Shown here: positions 17,601-24,774 of the stretch, in pieces
How the letters are laid out: every line of letters begins with the position of its first letter
How positions within the stretch are numbered: position 1 is the first letter of the stretch
Source of the DNA: an uncultured Myxococcales bacterium
Lineage (GTDB): Bacteria > Myxococcota_A > Polyangia > Polyangiales > Houyiibacteriaceae
Length of the DNA stretch: 35,290 nt
Reading direction: 5' to 3'
NCBI GenBank assembly: GCA_965365555.1
Contig: CBDUCC010000001.1
Location: forward strand, 1 to 35,290
Notes under the pieces: model-generated
What the model was told of the DNA's origin: nothing
The model's input: only the letters and a program-made list of their open reading frames with translations
The model's database searches: none
Translations under genes and position numbers: made by a program

Positions 17601-18291
17601 GTACCACCTCGACCCCGGGCTTCACCATGGAATTCCAGATGAATTCCAAGTGCTTGGGTATCCGATTCTGAGCATTCGATCGATACCGAAAGACCCGGAA
17701 TGGCTCCGACGGTTCTACGGCGACGAAGAGGAAGACGTTCTTGGCGTCAACGACGTCTGGCCGGAGAACTACTCCGCCAACTCGGCCCAGAAGGTCTGGG
17801 CTGCGAAGTTCGCGTCCCGGCATCCGAATGTCGCCATCCTCGACCTCAGCAGCTTCAAGTGTGGCCACGATGCTCCCACCTACGGAATCATCGACAGCAT
17901 CGTTGCAACGAGCGGTGTTCCTGCTTCCTCACTTCACGACATCGACGCGAACAAGCCCGGTGGCTCGATCAAGATTCGCGTGAAGACTTACGCACACTCG
18001 CTAAAGCTACGCGAGGAGCACCTCGAGGACGTCGCTGCACGCAAGCATGAGCTTCAGCGCCGCATCGACGAGAAGAGACTCGAGCTGCTGCGGATGAAGC
18101 AGCAACAACTGGCAGCGCAGCGGCGCGCCGACCTCGGGCTCGAACGGCAGATCCACGAGCTCGCCGACAAAGTGAACCAGTACCGTATCGCAGCGCGTGC
18201 CGAGGAGGACGGCCTCGCATCGGATTCGGTATCGGAAGGATTGATTCGACTCGGTAGGAAGACGAAGGACGGGAAGCTCGTCCGGGTGTGA
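14698..18291 (+). CDS. Fusion protein with two BcrAD/BadFG (HgdC-like) activase ATPase repeats plus a DUF2229-like domain and a coiled-coil tail
   Basis: The ORF opens at 14653, but ATG 14698 (MKKAIVGLDVGSTTVKA) follows GGAAGAGGG and coincides with the start of the ASKHA phosphate-1 motif. Repeat 1: GLDVGSTTVKA, ATGSGA, GGQDAKII, NDKCASGTG. Repeat 2: GLDGGSTSSKA, GFGATGY, GGQDIKVL, SNQCSAGNG, HSGEAGAIGAA. The C-terminal half carries WRVGIPRVLNMYSTAPFFRTYFEVLG, DPCYPSK, SCPIVAG and FKCGHD, which I associate with DUF2229/COG3580. Confidence 0.85.
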   Translation: MKKAIVGLDVGSTTVKAVIVDPETKDIVWSDYQRHHTKQAECVLDFMERIEAIVAEEGCDDIRVFATGSGAKPLEGPLGAKFVQEVNSVTLAVETLHPDAGSVVELGGQDAKIIVFKENENTGDKTAIASMNDKCASGTGATIDKCMIKAGMPPEETLELHFDDQHLHHVAAKCGVFAETDIVNLVKTGIPSNEIMCSLADAIVMQNLSVLTRGNTLRHKVLLLGGPNTFLPFLQECWRKRIPETWDERGYDYPKDVPIEELIPVPDNAALYAAYGAVMYGMHEPPQVGVFDGLEGLRRYITEGRKERLGESAGPPLAEDEAELEQFLGAYRIPMFIEPEITSDSVRAVIGLDGGSTSSKAVLLSEEGEVLMKAYALSKGNPIQDTKELLAELRGRMHAKGVEIEVLGFGATGYAADVLEECVRADVNIVETVAHMMSATHYFGDVDVICDIGGQDIKVLFMENGDIKTFKLSNQCSAGNGMLLQAMADQFGLPVTEYADNAFKADLAPKFSYGCAVFLDTDRVNFQKEGFSKEELLAGLAQVLPKNVWQYVVGVPRMAALGRKFVLQGGTQYNLAAVKAQVDYIKQRVPNAEVFVHPHSGEAGAIGAAMETLRVVKRRGHSTFIGLDAAIDLEYQTKNDASTTCHFCANECSRTFIDAFRPDGTTSRYISGFSCEKGMVESKDAMESLVKERRKIMKEFPNLVTYEGLKAFKRIAGVQPLPEAGTPVEDVKVDRKFFGEIERTKFTRGFERSSDQAATKRAQWRVGIPRVLNMYSTAPFFRTYFEVLGVRPKNIVFSDPSSEEMFAEGGKYGSVDPCYPSKVAQAHFHQLFFHKHQQSPFDAIFFPILTHVPNFVTGTVDDTSCPIVAGTPDVMKAAFTKEQDYFGNRGIEYLAPAFSFSEPTLLRRAMFEAFQNVLGITEDESDFAVREGLTALERFDQDLQDKGRAILDQVEYENKVAILVLGRPYHLDPGLHHGIPDEFQVLGYPILSIRSIPKDPEWLRRFYGDEEEDVLGVNDVWPENYSANSAQKVWAAKFASRHPNVAILDLSSFKCGHDAPTYGIIDSIVATSGVPASSLHDIDANKPGGSIKIRVKTYAHSLKLREEHLEDVAARKHELQRRIDEKRLELLRMKQQQLAAQRRADLGLERQIHELADKVNQYRIAARAEEDGLASDSVSEGLIRLGRKTKDGKLVRV

Positions 18292-18302
18292 AGGGGCTGA
18301 AC

Positions 18303-20198
18303 ATGGCTGACGGATTCGAAATCGACATCGAGAAGGAGCTCGCCGCTTTCGAAGCAGAAGAGCGGGCGAAGCTGGGTCTCCAAGAAGACCGCGAACAATG
18401 GACGGATTCGATGGTCAATCCGTTCTTTTCGGCGAAGGAGCGCCCCACCACGACGATTCTCAACGGAGGCCTCACCATGGCCCACGACGAGTTCGTCGCC
18501 TCGGCGCTCAAGGGCATCGGCTACAACACACGCCCGATGGACTGTGCCGACGTCGCGTCCCTCCGCTTCGGCAAGGAGTTCGGCAACAAAGCGCAATGCA
18601 ACCCGACCTACTTCACCGTGGGCAACCTCGTCAAAGAGCTCTGCCGGCTTCGCGACGAGGAGGGCCTGAGCCCCGAAGAGATCATCCAGAACTACGTCTT
18701 CCTGACGGCTGGGGCCTGCGGTCCATGTCGCTTCGGGATGTACGTCACCGAGTACCGCAAGGCGCTTCGGGACGCGGGCTTCGACGGCTTTCGCGTCGTT
18801 CTCTTTCAGCAGCAGGCGGGTTTCAAGCAGGCGACCGGTGAAGAAATTGGGTTGGTCCTCAACCCGCAATTCTTCATGGCGCTCGCGCGCGGGTTGTTCG
18901 CAGGAGATGTCCTCAACGTGCTGAGCTATCGAATCCGTCCGTACGAGGTCGAGGAAGGTGCGACCGATCGTGCGATCGCCGAGGCGAAGCGCGAAGTGCG
19001 TGAGGCCCTCGAAAGGAACGATAGCGTCCTGCGAGCTCTATGGCGCGGGCGGAAGTACCTCGAGGCGGTCGAAGTCGATCGTCTTCAGGCCAAACCCAAG
19101 GTCGCCATCATCGGCGAGTTCTGGGCCATGACGACCGAGGGCGACGGCAACTATCACCTTCAGCGTTTCGTGGAGCAGGAGGGCGGCGAAAACGACATCC
19201 AGACGCTCGTGAACTGGCTGCTCTACACGCTCTGGGAGATGCGCCACGACACCGAGCGACGCATGACCCTGCGCGACACCGACGAGTCGTACTACGGCCT
19301 GGAAGGCTCGGACGTGGGCTACAAGATGGCCGGCGTCTGGTTGGGTGAGCTCGCCCTTCGGGCGACGTTCGCAGCGTTCTGTAAGGTCTCCGGCCTCACG
19401 GGGAACAAGCTCCCCGACATGGATGAGATCGCGAAGGTTGGACACAGCTTTTACAACAACGAGCTTCGTGGCGGCGAAGGCCATATGGAGGTCGCGAAGC
19501 TGGTTCTCAACGTGGCCAAGCAGAAGGCCCACATGACGCTCAGCGTGAAGCCGTTTGGTTGCATGCCGAGCTCCGGCGTGTCCGACGGGATTCAGACGGT
19601 TATCACCGAGCTGCACCCGGACGCGATCTACTGCCCGGTCGAGACGAGCGGGGATGGTGCCGTCAACTTCTACTCGCGCGTCCAGATGTACATGTTCAAG
19701 GCGCGCGAGCGCGCGCGGGCCGAGTATCGGGATGCGCTGGCTCACTACGGAATTTCCGAAGAGCAAGCGCGCGAGTTCTTGAAAGACAACCCGCGCTATA
19801 CGAGAACCTTCTACAAGGCACCGCACGTCGTTGCCGGGACCGGGGCTGACCTCATTCACGAGATCGGCCCGCTGGTCGGAAAGAGTCGCGCCCAGCGAGC
19901 CAAGGTTCATGCGGCACGGGCGCTTGCTCGAGGCAGGGGCCTGTTCACCGAGGACCTGCGCGCGGCGAAGGCGACCTACGACAAGATGGCTCCGTATCTC
20001 CCGTCGCTCGGACGATTGGTCTACGTCGAGCTCAAGGAGAAGGTGCCGGCCCCGAAGCAGGCCTGGGCGACCTTGATGCGGCGTGCCGTTCCGAAGGCAG
20101 AGGACGAGGCCAACCTACCGAGCGCGCACGAGTATATTGATGCGCCGACTCCACGGTCGGAACCCGAAGCGTCGCAACGGCTCGACGTATTGGGCTGA
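18303..20198 (+). CDS. Cys-motif partner protein, 2-hydroxyacyl-CoA dehydratase D-component-like (COG3581-type)
   Basis: ATG 18303 is preceded by GAAGGGG. Alternatively, GTG 18288 overlaps the upstream stop as GTGA. Motifs: QCNPTYF, LTAGACGPCRFGMY, SVKPFGCMPSSG and CPVETSGDG. It is tightly coupled to the activase fusion. Family assignment is from memory of these motifs. Confidence 0.65.
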   Translation: MADGFEIDIEKELAAFEAEERAKLGLQEDREQWTDSMVNPFFSAKERPTTTILNGGLTMAHDEFVASALKGIGYNTRPMDCADVASLRFGKEFGNKAQCNPTYFTVGNLVKELCRLRDEEGLSPEEIIQNYVFLTAGACGPCRFGMYVTEYRKALRDAGFDGFRVVLFQQQAGFKQATGEEIGLVLNPQFFMALARGLFAGDVLNVLSYRIRPYEVEEGATDRAIAEAKREVREALERNDSVLRALWRGRKYLEAVEVDRLQAKPKVAIIGEFWAMTTEGDGNYHLQRFVEQEGGENDIQTLVNWLLYTLWEMRHDTERRMTLRDTDESYYGLEGSDVGYKMAGVWLGELALRATFAAFCKVSGLTGNKLPDMDEIAKVGHSFYNNELRGGEGHMEVAKLVLNVAKQKAHMTLSVKPFGCMPSSGVSDGIQTVITELHPDAIYCPVETSGDGAVNFYSRVQMYMFKARERARAEYRDALAHYGISEEQAREFLKDNPRYTRTFYKAPHVVAGTGADLIHEIGPLVGKSRAQRAKVHAARALARGRGLFTEDLRAAKATYDKMAPYLPSLGRLVYVELKEKVPAPKQAWATLMRRAVPKAEDEANLPSAHEYIDAPTPRSEPEASQRLDVLG

Positions 20199-20212
20199 GG
20201 CGGGCTCAGCCC
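20192..20212. terminator. Hairpin GGGCTGAG-gcggg-CTCAGCCC spanning both convergent stop codons (possible bidirectional terminator)
   Basis: An 8-bp perfect G/C-rich stem with a 5-nt loop, read directly. TGA of the + gene (20196-98) lies in the left arm and TGA of the - gene (20206-08) in the right arm. There is no U-tract. Confidence 0.3.
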
Positions 20213-21231
20213 TGGGGCTTGGCGTGCGCTGGCAGCTCGCCAGTGAGGCTCTTCAGGAAGGTCACGATGCTGTTGACTTGCGCGTCGCTGAGGTCACGTC
20301 CGAGTTGATAGCTGCCCATGATCTTGACCGTCTCCTCGAGCGTTGCCTGCGATCCGTCGTGTAGATAGGGAGCTGTGAGCTCGATGTTGCGCAGCGTGGG
20401 CACCTTGAAGAAGTGCTTGTCTTGGTCCTTCTTCGTGACGTTGTAGCGCCCGCTGTCAGCCTCGGTGAGCGGCGTGCCGCGGTCCTTGAAGTAGTCCTTC
20501 ACGAGGCCCAGTTTCTGGAACATCGTGCCGCCGACGATGATTCCCGTGTGGCAGGAGGTGCAGCCGACCTCCTTGAACGTCTCGTAGCCCTTCTTTTCCG
20601 CTTCGGTGATCGCGGTCATGTCGCCTTTGAGATACTTGTCGAAGCGGGACGGGGTGATCAGAGAGGTCTCGTACTCGGCGATCGCATCGGTGACGTTGGA
20701 CTTGGTGATCCCGTCCGGGTAGAGCTTCGCGAACGAGGCCACGTACTGCTTGTTCTTCGACAGGCGCTCGATGACGCCGTCCCAGGTCGCGCCCATCTCT
20801 CCGGGATTGGCGACCGGTCCCTCGGCCTGCTCTCTTAGATCCTTGGCTCGGCCATCCCAGAACTGAACGAAGTTGTACGATGAGTTCAGGACGGTCGGCG
20901 AGTTGATGGGGCCGACGTGACCATTGATGCCAATCGAGGTCTTGCGCGGCTCCGCCCCGCCGTGGTCGAGCGAGTGGCACGTTGCACAAGAAATCGTTCC
21001 GTCGCCGGACAACGCCGTGTCGAAGTAAAGACTTCGACCGAGGAGAACCTTGTCCATGTCGACATCCGCCGCGTCGGGAAGCGGTAGGATCGGTTCGCTT
21101 GGCGCGGCGGGTTTGTCCTCTTCGAGCGCGGCAACCTTCTCGTCGGCAGCCGGTGCCGGTTCTTCCTTCTTGGTGCAGCCCACGACCGCGAAGACGGCTA
21201 CCATCAGCGTGATCCACTTCATCTGCTTCAT
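20206..21231 (-). CDS. Di-haem cytochrome c peroxidase (CcpA/MauG family), lipoprotein
   Basis: Two CxxCH haem motifs (CATCHSLDHGG and CTSCHTG). The signal peptide with lipobox is MKQMKWITLMVAVFAVVGC. The ORF-track start at 21252 is a TTG in non-coding-looking sequence, so ATG 21231 is preferred. Confidence 0.9.
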   Translation of the reverse strand: MKQMKWITLMVAVFAVVGCTKKEEPAPAADEKVAALEEDKPAAPSEPILPLPDAADVDMDKVLLGRSLYFDTALSGDGTISCATCHSLDHGGAEPRKTSIGINGHVGPINSPTVLNSSYNFVQFWDGRAKDLREQAEGPVANPGEMGATWDGVIERLSKNKQYVASFAKLYPDGITKSNVTDAIAEYETSLITPSRFDKYLKGDMTAITEAEKKGYETFKEVGCTSCHTGIIVGGTMFQKLGLVKDYFKDRGTPLTEADSGRYNVTKKDQDKHFFKVPTLRNIELTAPYLHDGSQATLEETVKIMGSYQLGRDLSDAQVNSIVTFLKSLTGELPAHAKPQG

Positions 21232-21288
21232 ACGAAAAACCCTAGCACCCAAAGCGCGAGTGGGTAGCCACTGCTAACCTATCGGCCC

Positions 21289-21984
21289 GTGAGTCATCGA
21301 CGACGAGTCTACTTGGCACGGCACGGCGCCGTGTCCTACTTCGAGCCCGGACAAGACCTCGGGGGCGACGATCCTCCCCTCAACCCGACCGGCGTGGCGC
21401 AAGCGGAGGCCCTCGGCACGTTGCTCCGGGATGTGCCCCTCGACCTCGCGGTCTACACGGGAATGGAACGGACGCGTCAGACGGCGACCCTCGCAACCGC
21501 GCCGCGAACCATCGAGCTCGTCGCTATGGAGGGCCTCAGTGAGGCGAAAACCGGCTCATTCGAGGAGATCGAGACCGAAGCCGAGATGCGGGCTACCGTG
21601 GTGGGAGCGTTCGACCGTGCCGAGGCCCCGGACGCCCGATTCCTGACCGGCGAGTCCTACGGCGACCTCTGGACCCGTGTCGACCAAGCCTGGCGCGAGC
21701 TGCTGGCCGGCGACTGGCATCAGGCCTTCGTTGCAGGACACGGGGTCGTGAACCGTACGATTCTCGCGCAGGCCCTCGGCGCCGGCCCCGAGATCTACCG
21801 TCGGCTCGAGCAGGATACCGGCTGCCTCAATGTCTTGGACATCGAGGGCGAGGGCGCGAACGCCAGGGTCGCATACGTCCGCCTCGTGAACTTCACGCCG
21901 TACAACGCCACGAAAGCCGGAATGCACCAGACCACGCTCGAGATGCTCTGGCAGCAGTTCGTCGGAGTTCAGTCTTCGCAGTGA
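21289..21984 (+). CDS. Histidine phosphatase family protein (phosphoglycerate mutase-like)
   Basis: GTG start. The catalytic motif RVYLARHGAV (RHG) is present, as is the downstream second His in FVAGHGVVNRTIL. Length is 231 aa. Confidence 0.8.
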   Translation: MSHRRRVYLARHGAVSYFEPGQDLGGDDPPLNPTGVAQAEALGTLLRDVPLDLAVYTGMERTRQTATLATAPRTIELVAMEGLSEAKTGSFEEIETEAEMRATVVGAFDRAEAPDARFLTGESYGDLWTRVDQAWRELLAGDWHQAFVAGHGVVNRTILAQALGAGPEIYRRLEQDTGCLNVLDIEGEGANARVAYVRLVNFTPYNATKAGMHQTTLEMLWQQFVGVQSSQ

Positions 21985-22547
21985 AGAGAGCGATACCCGC
22001 CCTGATAATAGAGTAGCGGCGTTGCGTCGCTGGTTCGAACGGCCTGCACCTCCCCGATGTAGATCGTGTGGCTACCCTCGCGGTGGGCGCGGTGGACCTT
22101 GCATTCAATGGTGGCAAGAGCCTCGTCGATCAGCGGAGCGCCGGTCTCCCCCTCGGTCCAGGGGACGCGTTCGAGCCGCGAGCTCTCGTTCTTCGACGAG
22201 GCGAAGAGATTCGAGACGTCTTGCTGATGCTCCGCCAGGATGTTCACGGCGAAGATTCCGCCCTCTTCGATGACCGAGTGGGTCATCGATCCCTGGTTCG
22301 CGCATACCAGCACCAGTGGGGGATCGACGGAGACACTGGAAAACGCCGACACGGTCATCCCGTGAACCTTGTCGCCAGCTCGCGAGGTCACCACGGTCAC
22401 ACCGCTCGCCCAGCCACGCAGCGCTCGTTTGAATGCATCTTGGTCGATCGACACTGTCTTCGTTCCTCGAATTTGCCGGACGGAGTGGCCTCCGATCGAT
22501 GTTGGCAAAAATAGAACGTGTTTCAAGTCGCCAGTCGACTTCCCCAT
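21969..22547 (-). CDS. Flavin reductase family protein (NAD(P)H:FMN oxidoreductase, RutF/HpaC-like)
   Basis: FKRALRGWASGVTVVTSRAGDKVHGMTVSAFSSVSVDPPLVLVCANQGSMTH is the classic flavin_reduct domain core. The first ~31 codons use A/T-ending codons (cta ttt ttg cca aca). The true start may therefore be GTG 22454 (VSIDQDAFK). Confidence 0.85.
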   Translation of the reverse strand: MGKSTGDLKHVLFLPTSIGGHSVRQIRGTKTVSIDQDAFKRALRGWASGVTVVTSRAGDKVHGMTVSAFSSVSVDPPLVLVCANQGSMTHSVIEEGGIFAVNILAEHQQDVSNLFASSKNESSRLERVPWTEGETGAPLIDEALATIECKVHRAHREGSHTIYIGEVQAVRTSDATPLLYYQGGYRSLHCED

Positions 22548-22576
22548 TCGCCAAATTGGGCTAGTTTCCGCGCTCT

Positions 22577-23782
22577 ATGCCCCAACAGGCGTTTCTCAAG
22601 GGAATCCAAGAGTACTGGACGGCCCTCGGCCAACCCGGCGAGCCACCCGAGCTCGGTGAGTCCCGGCTCGATGCATTCATCGATCTCCTACACGTCACTG
22701 AAGAGGCCGAACACGCGTTCGCTCTTCTCAACGTTTTGGAGTCACCCTACGCCGGTATCGCCGTCGGTGACGCGAGCCGTCCGTGGCGGCTGCATTGGGC
22801 GATCCAGGTTGGAGAGGTCGAGCCGTTCGTAGCGCCAGACCTCGACGGCTTGATCTTCCTCGCGGACACGATCGCCGATCATGAAGGTCGCCATCGTGTC
22901 TACACATTGAAGGACGGAATGCGTGGCGACTTCGAGTTCGCCGATCTTTCCGGTGTCTTGCAATGGATGGCGGCGCAGGTTCGACACGCCAAGGGCGAGC
23001 TCGACGACGCGGCGCTTCAGGAGGTCCAGAGCGAGGCATCTGCTCTGCTCGACGACGCCTGGGAAGAGGGTCCTACGTCGGCGATTTTCATCGTCGAGGA
23101 GCTGCTCGAAACGCCGCTCTTCGAGGCATGGGATGCGATCTCCCGCGGACAGTGGCCGTTGGTGGAGTCGGACGGCAGCGATGCACCGGTCGATCGCGAA
23201 GATGGCTGGCAGCGACGCCTCTCGCTCTGGCTGACTCGCCGTTTCCTGGCGAACCGAAGCCTCGAGCTTCCGCAGGACATTGCCGTCTCGGATATGGACG
23301 CGGTCCACCGGGCCCTGGTCGATCATCTGATCGATTTCGAGCAGGCAATTCACGGCGGAGACGTGCCGAAGATCATCGACGAGGCCGCCGCCGGCGGCGA
23401 TTCGCGTGTTGCAGCGCTGGCGGCCGAGTGGACCGAACGTCACGACGCGTGGCGGACGGCAGCCAACGTTCCGGCTCCAGACGAGGAAAACCTGTTCGAG
23501 GAAGAGCCCCCGCCTTTTCAGCACACCCCCTTCACCCGCAAGCTGATGCATGCGCTCTCCCAGTCGCTCGACGGGATGGTCGCCCGCGGGGAGCTCGAGC
23601 TCGACCCAGATCGCAAGGAGGCCCTCCTGATCGAGCTCGTGACGGCAGGATCCGACGCGCGCTCCATCAAGCACATGCTCAAGAAGCTCACCGCGACGCT
23701 CGTCGACAGTGAGCACGTCGAGGAAATCTACCCGAGCGACGACAAGATCCAGGACCAGCTCAAGACCGATCTTGGCGGTTAG
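22577..23782 (+). CDS. Hypothetical acidic protein, 401 aa, no family recognised
   Basis: A long ORF with high GC3 and normal amino-acid composition (Asp/Glu/Leu/Ala-rich). There is no TM segment or signal peptide. The antisense ORF 22742-23794 is Arg/Leu/Val-biased and is judged a shadow. Confidence 0.6.
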   Translation: MPQQAFLKGIQEYWTALGQPGEPPELGESRLDAFIDLLHVTEEAEHAFALLNVLESPYAGIAVGDASRPWRLHWAIQVGEVEPFVAPDLDGLIFLADTIADHEGRHRVYTLKDGMRGDFEFADLSGVLQWMAAQVRHAKGELDDAALQEVQSEASALLDDAWEEGPTSAIFIVEELLETPLFEAWDAISRGQWPLVESDGSDAPVDREDGWQRRLSLWLTRRFLANRSLELPQDIAVSDMDAVHRALVDHLIDFEQAIHGGDVPKIIDEAAAGGDSRVAALAAEWTERHDAWRTAANVPAPDEENLFEEEPPPFQHTPFTRKLMHALSQSLDGMVARGELELDPDRKEALLIELVTAGSDARSIKHMLKKLTATLVDSEHVEEIYPSDDKIQDQLKTDLGG

Positions 23783-24765
23783 GCGTCGCCCCAAACGGAT
23801 GGCGATGGGCGAAGCAGCCCCGAATCGCGCTCATGCTGAGCACCGGTCCGGTCGGACTCCAGGAGCATGGGGCCGTCGAGATCGACATACCTCGCAAAGA
23901 CCGTGAGCAAGAGCGCCGGCTCGATGGCGAGCGAGGTGCTGACCATGCAGCCGACCATCAGGTCGATGCCGAGCTGCCGAGCTCGTCGCACGCAGGCCAG
24001 CGCCTCGCTGATCCCTCCGGCTTTGTCGAGCTTGACATTCACCATTTCGTAGCGCCCCTGCACCTCTCCGAACGAGCTGCGATCGTGAAACGACTCGTCC
24101 GCGCAGATCGGGACCGAGTGTTCGATTGCTTCGAGGGCCGAATCCGCTCCTTCGGGAAGAGGCTGTTCGAGCACCCCGACCCCGAATCGGGGTAGTTCTG
24201 GAAGCCAGGCGCGCGTCTGATCAGGCGACCATGACTCGTTTGGGTCCACGACGAGCTCGGCCTGCGGGGCGGCGGCGTGCACGGCCTCGATCCGCTCGAG
24301 ATCGGCGCCGCCGCCGACCTTGACCTTGATCACCTTCGCGTGCGCGAATGCCTTGGCCGCTTCGTGCATCGCCGTGGGTGTCCCGAGGCTGACCGTCCGC
24401 ATCGTCGTTACCGGCTCCGGCGGCTCGTCCCACCCGAGCAGCGACCAGGCGGGCTTGCCTGCGAGCTTCGCCTCGAGATCCCAGAGCGCGCAGTCGAGCG
24501 CGTTGCGGGCCGCGCCCCGGGCCATTCGCGAAAGCACTGCTCGGGCCGTGGCGACGTCCGTCCAGCCTCGGGCGGCCCGCTCGATCGCTTCCGTAACCGA
24601 GCCGGTCGACTCGCCATAGCGGGCATAGGGCACGCACTCTCCGCGTCCGACCTCGCGCTCGTGCTGCAGCTCCACCACCAGCACGCGCGCGTCCGTTCGG
24701 GACCCGCGCGCGATTCGGAAGCCTCCCCGAATCGGCCAGGTTTCTGCCCGGACGACAGCCTTCAT
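23779..24765 (-). CDS. Dipeptide epimerase (L-Ala-D/L-Glu epimerase-like), enolase superfamily
   Basis: MR/MLE-subgroup hallmarks are present: capping domain WPIRGGFRIARGS, KxK motif VIKVKVGG, and metal ligands in VVDPNESW, LEQPL and CADES. The second catalytic Lys lies in VNVKLDKAGG. Confidence 0.85.
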   Translation of the reverse strand: MKAVVRAETWPIRGGFRIARGSRTDARVLVVELQHEREVGRGECVPYARYGESTGSVTEAIERAARGWTDVATARAVLSRMARGAARNALDCALWDLEAKLAGKPAWSLLGWDEPPEPVTTMRTVSLGTPTAMHEAAKAFAHAKVIKVKVGGGADLERIEAVHAAAPQAELVVDPNESWSPDQTRAWLPELPRFGVGVLEQPLPEGADSALEAIEHSVPICADESFHDRSSFGEVQGRYEMVNVKLDKAGGISEALACVRRARQLGIDLMVGCMVSTSLAIEPALLLTVFARYVDLDGPMLLESDRTGAQHERDSGLLRPSPSVWGDA

Positions 24766-24774
24766 GGCATCGCC

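Noticed and set aside
22742-23794. A 350-aa minus-strand ORF opposite the 401-aa hypothetical gene
   Set aside because: Neither frame has a recognisable domain. The + frame has G/C-ending codons and a balanced acidic composition, while the - frame is Arg/Leu/Val-biased, so the + frame was kept.
24674-24681. An E. coli-type Chi sequence (CCACCAGC, the complement of GCTGGTGG)
   Set aside because: It is a single chance occurrence inside a coding region. Chi sequences are lineage-specific, and the E. coli octamer has no known meaning in this organism.
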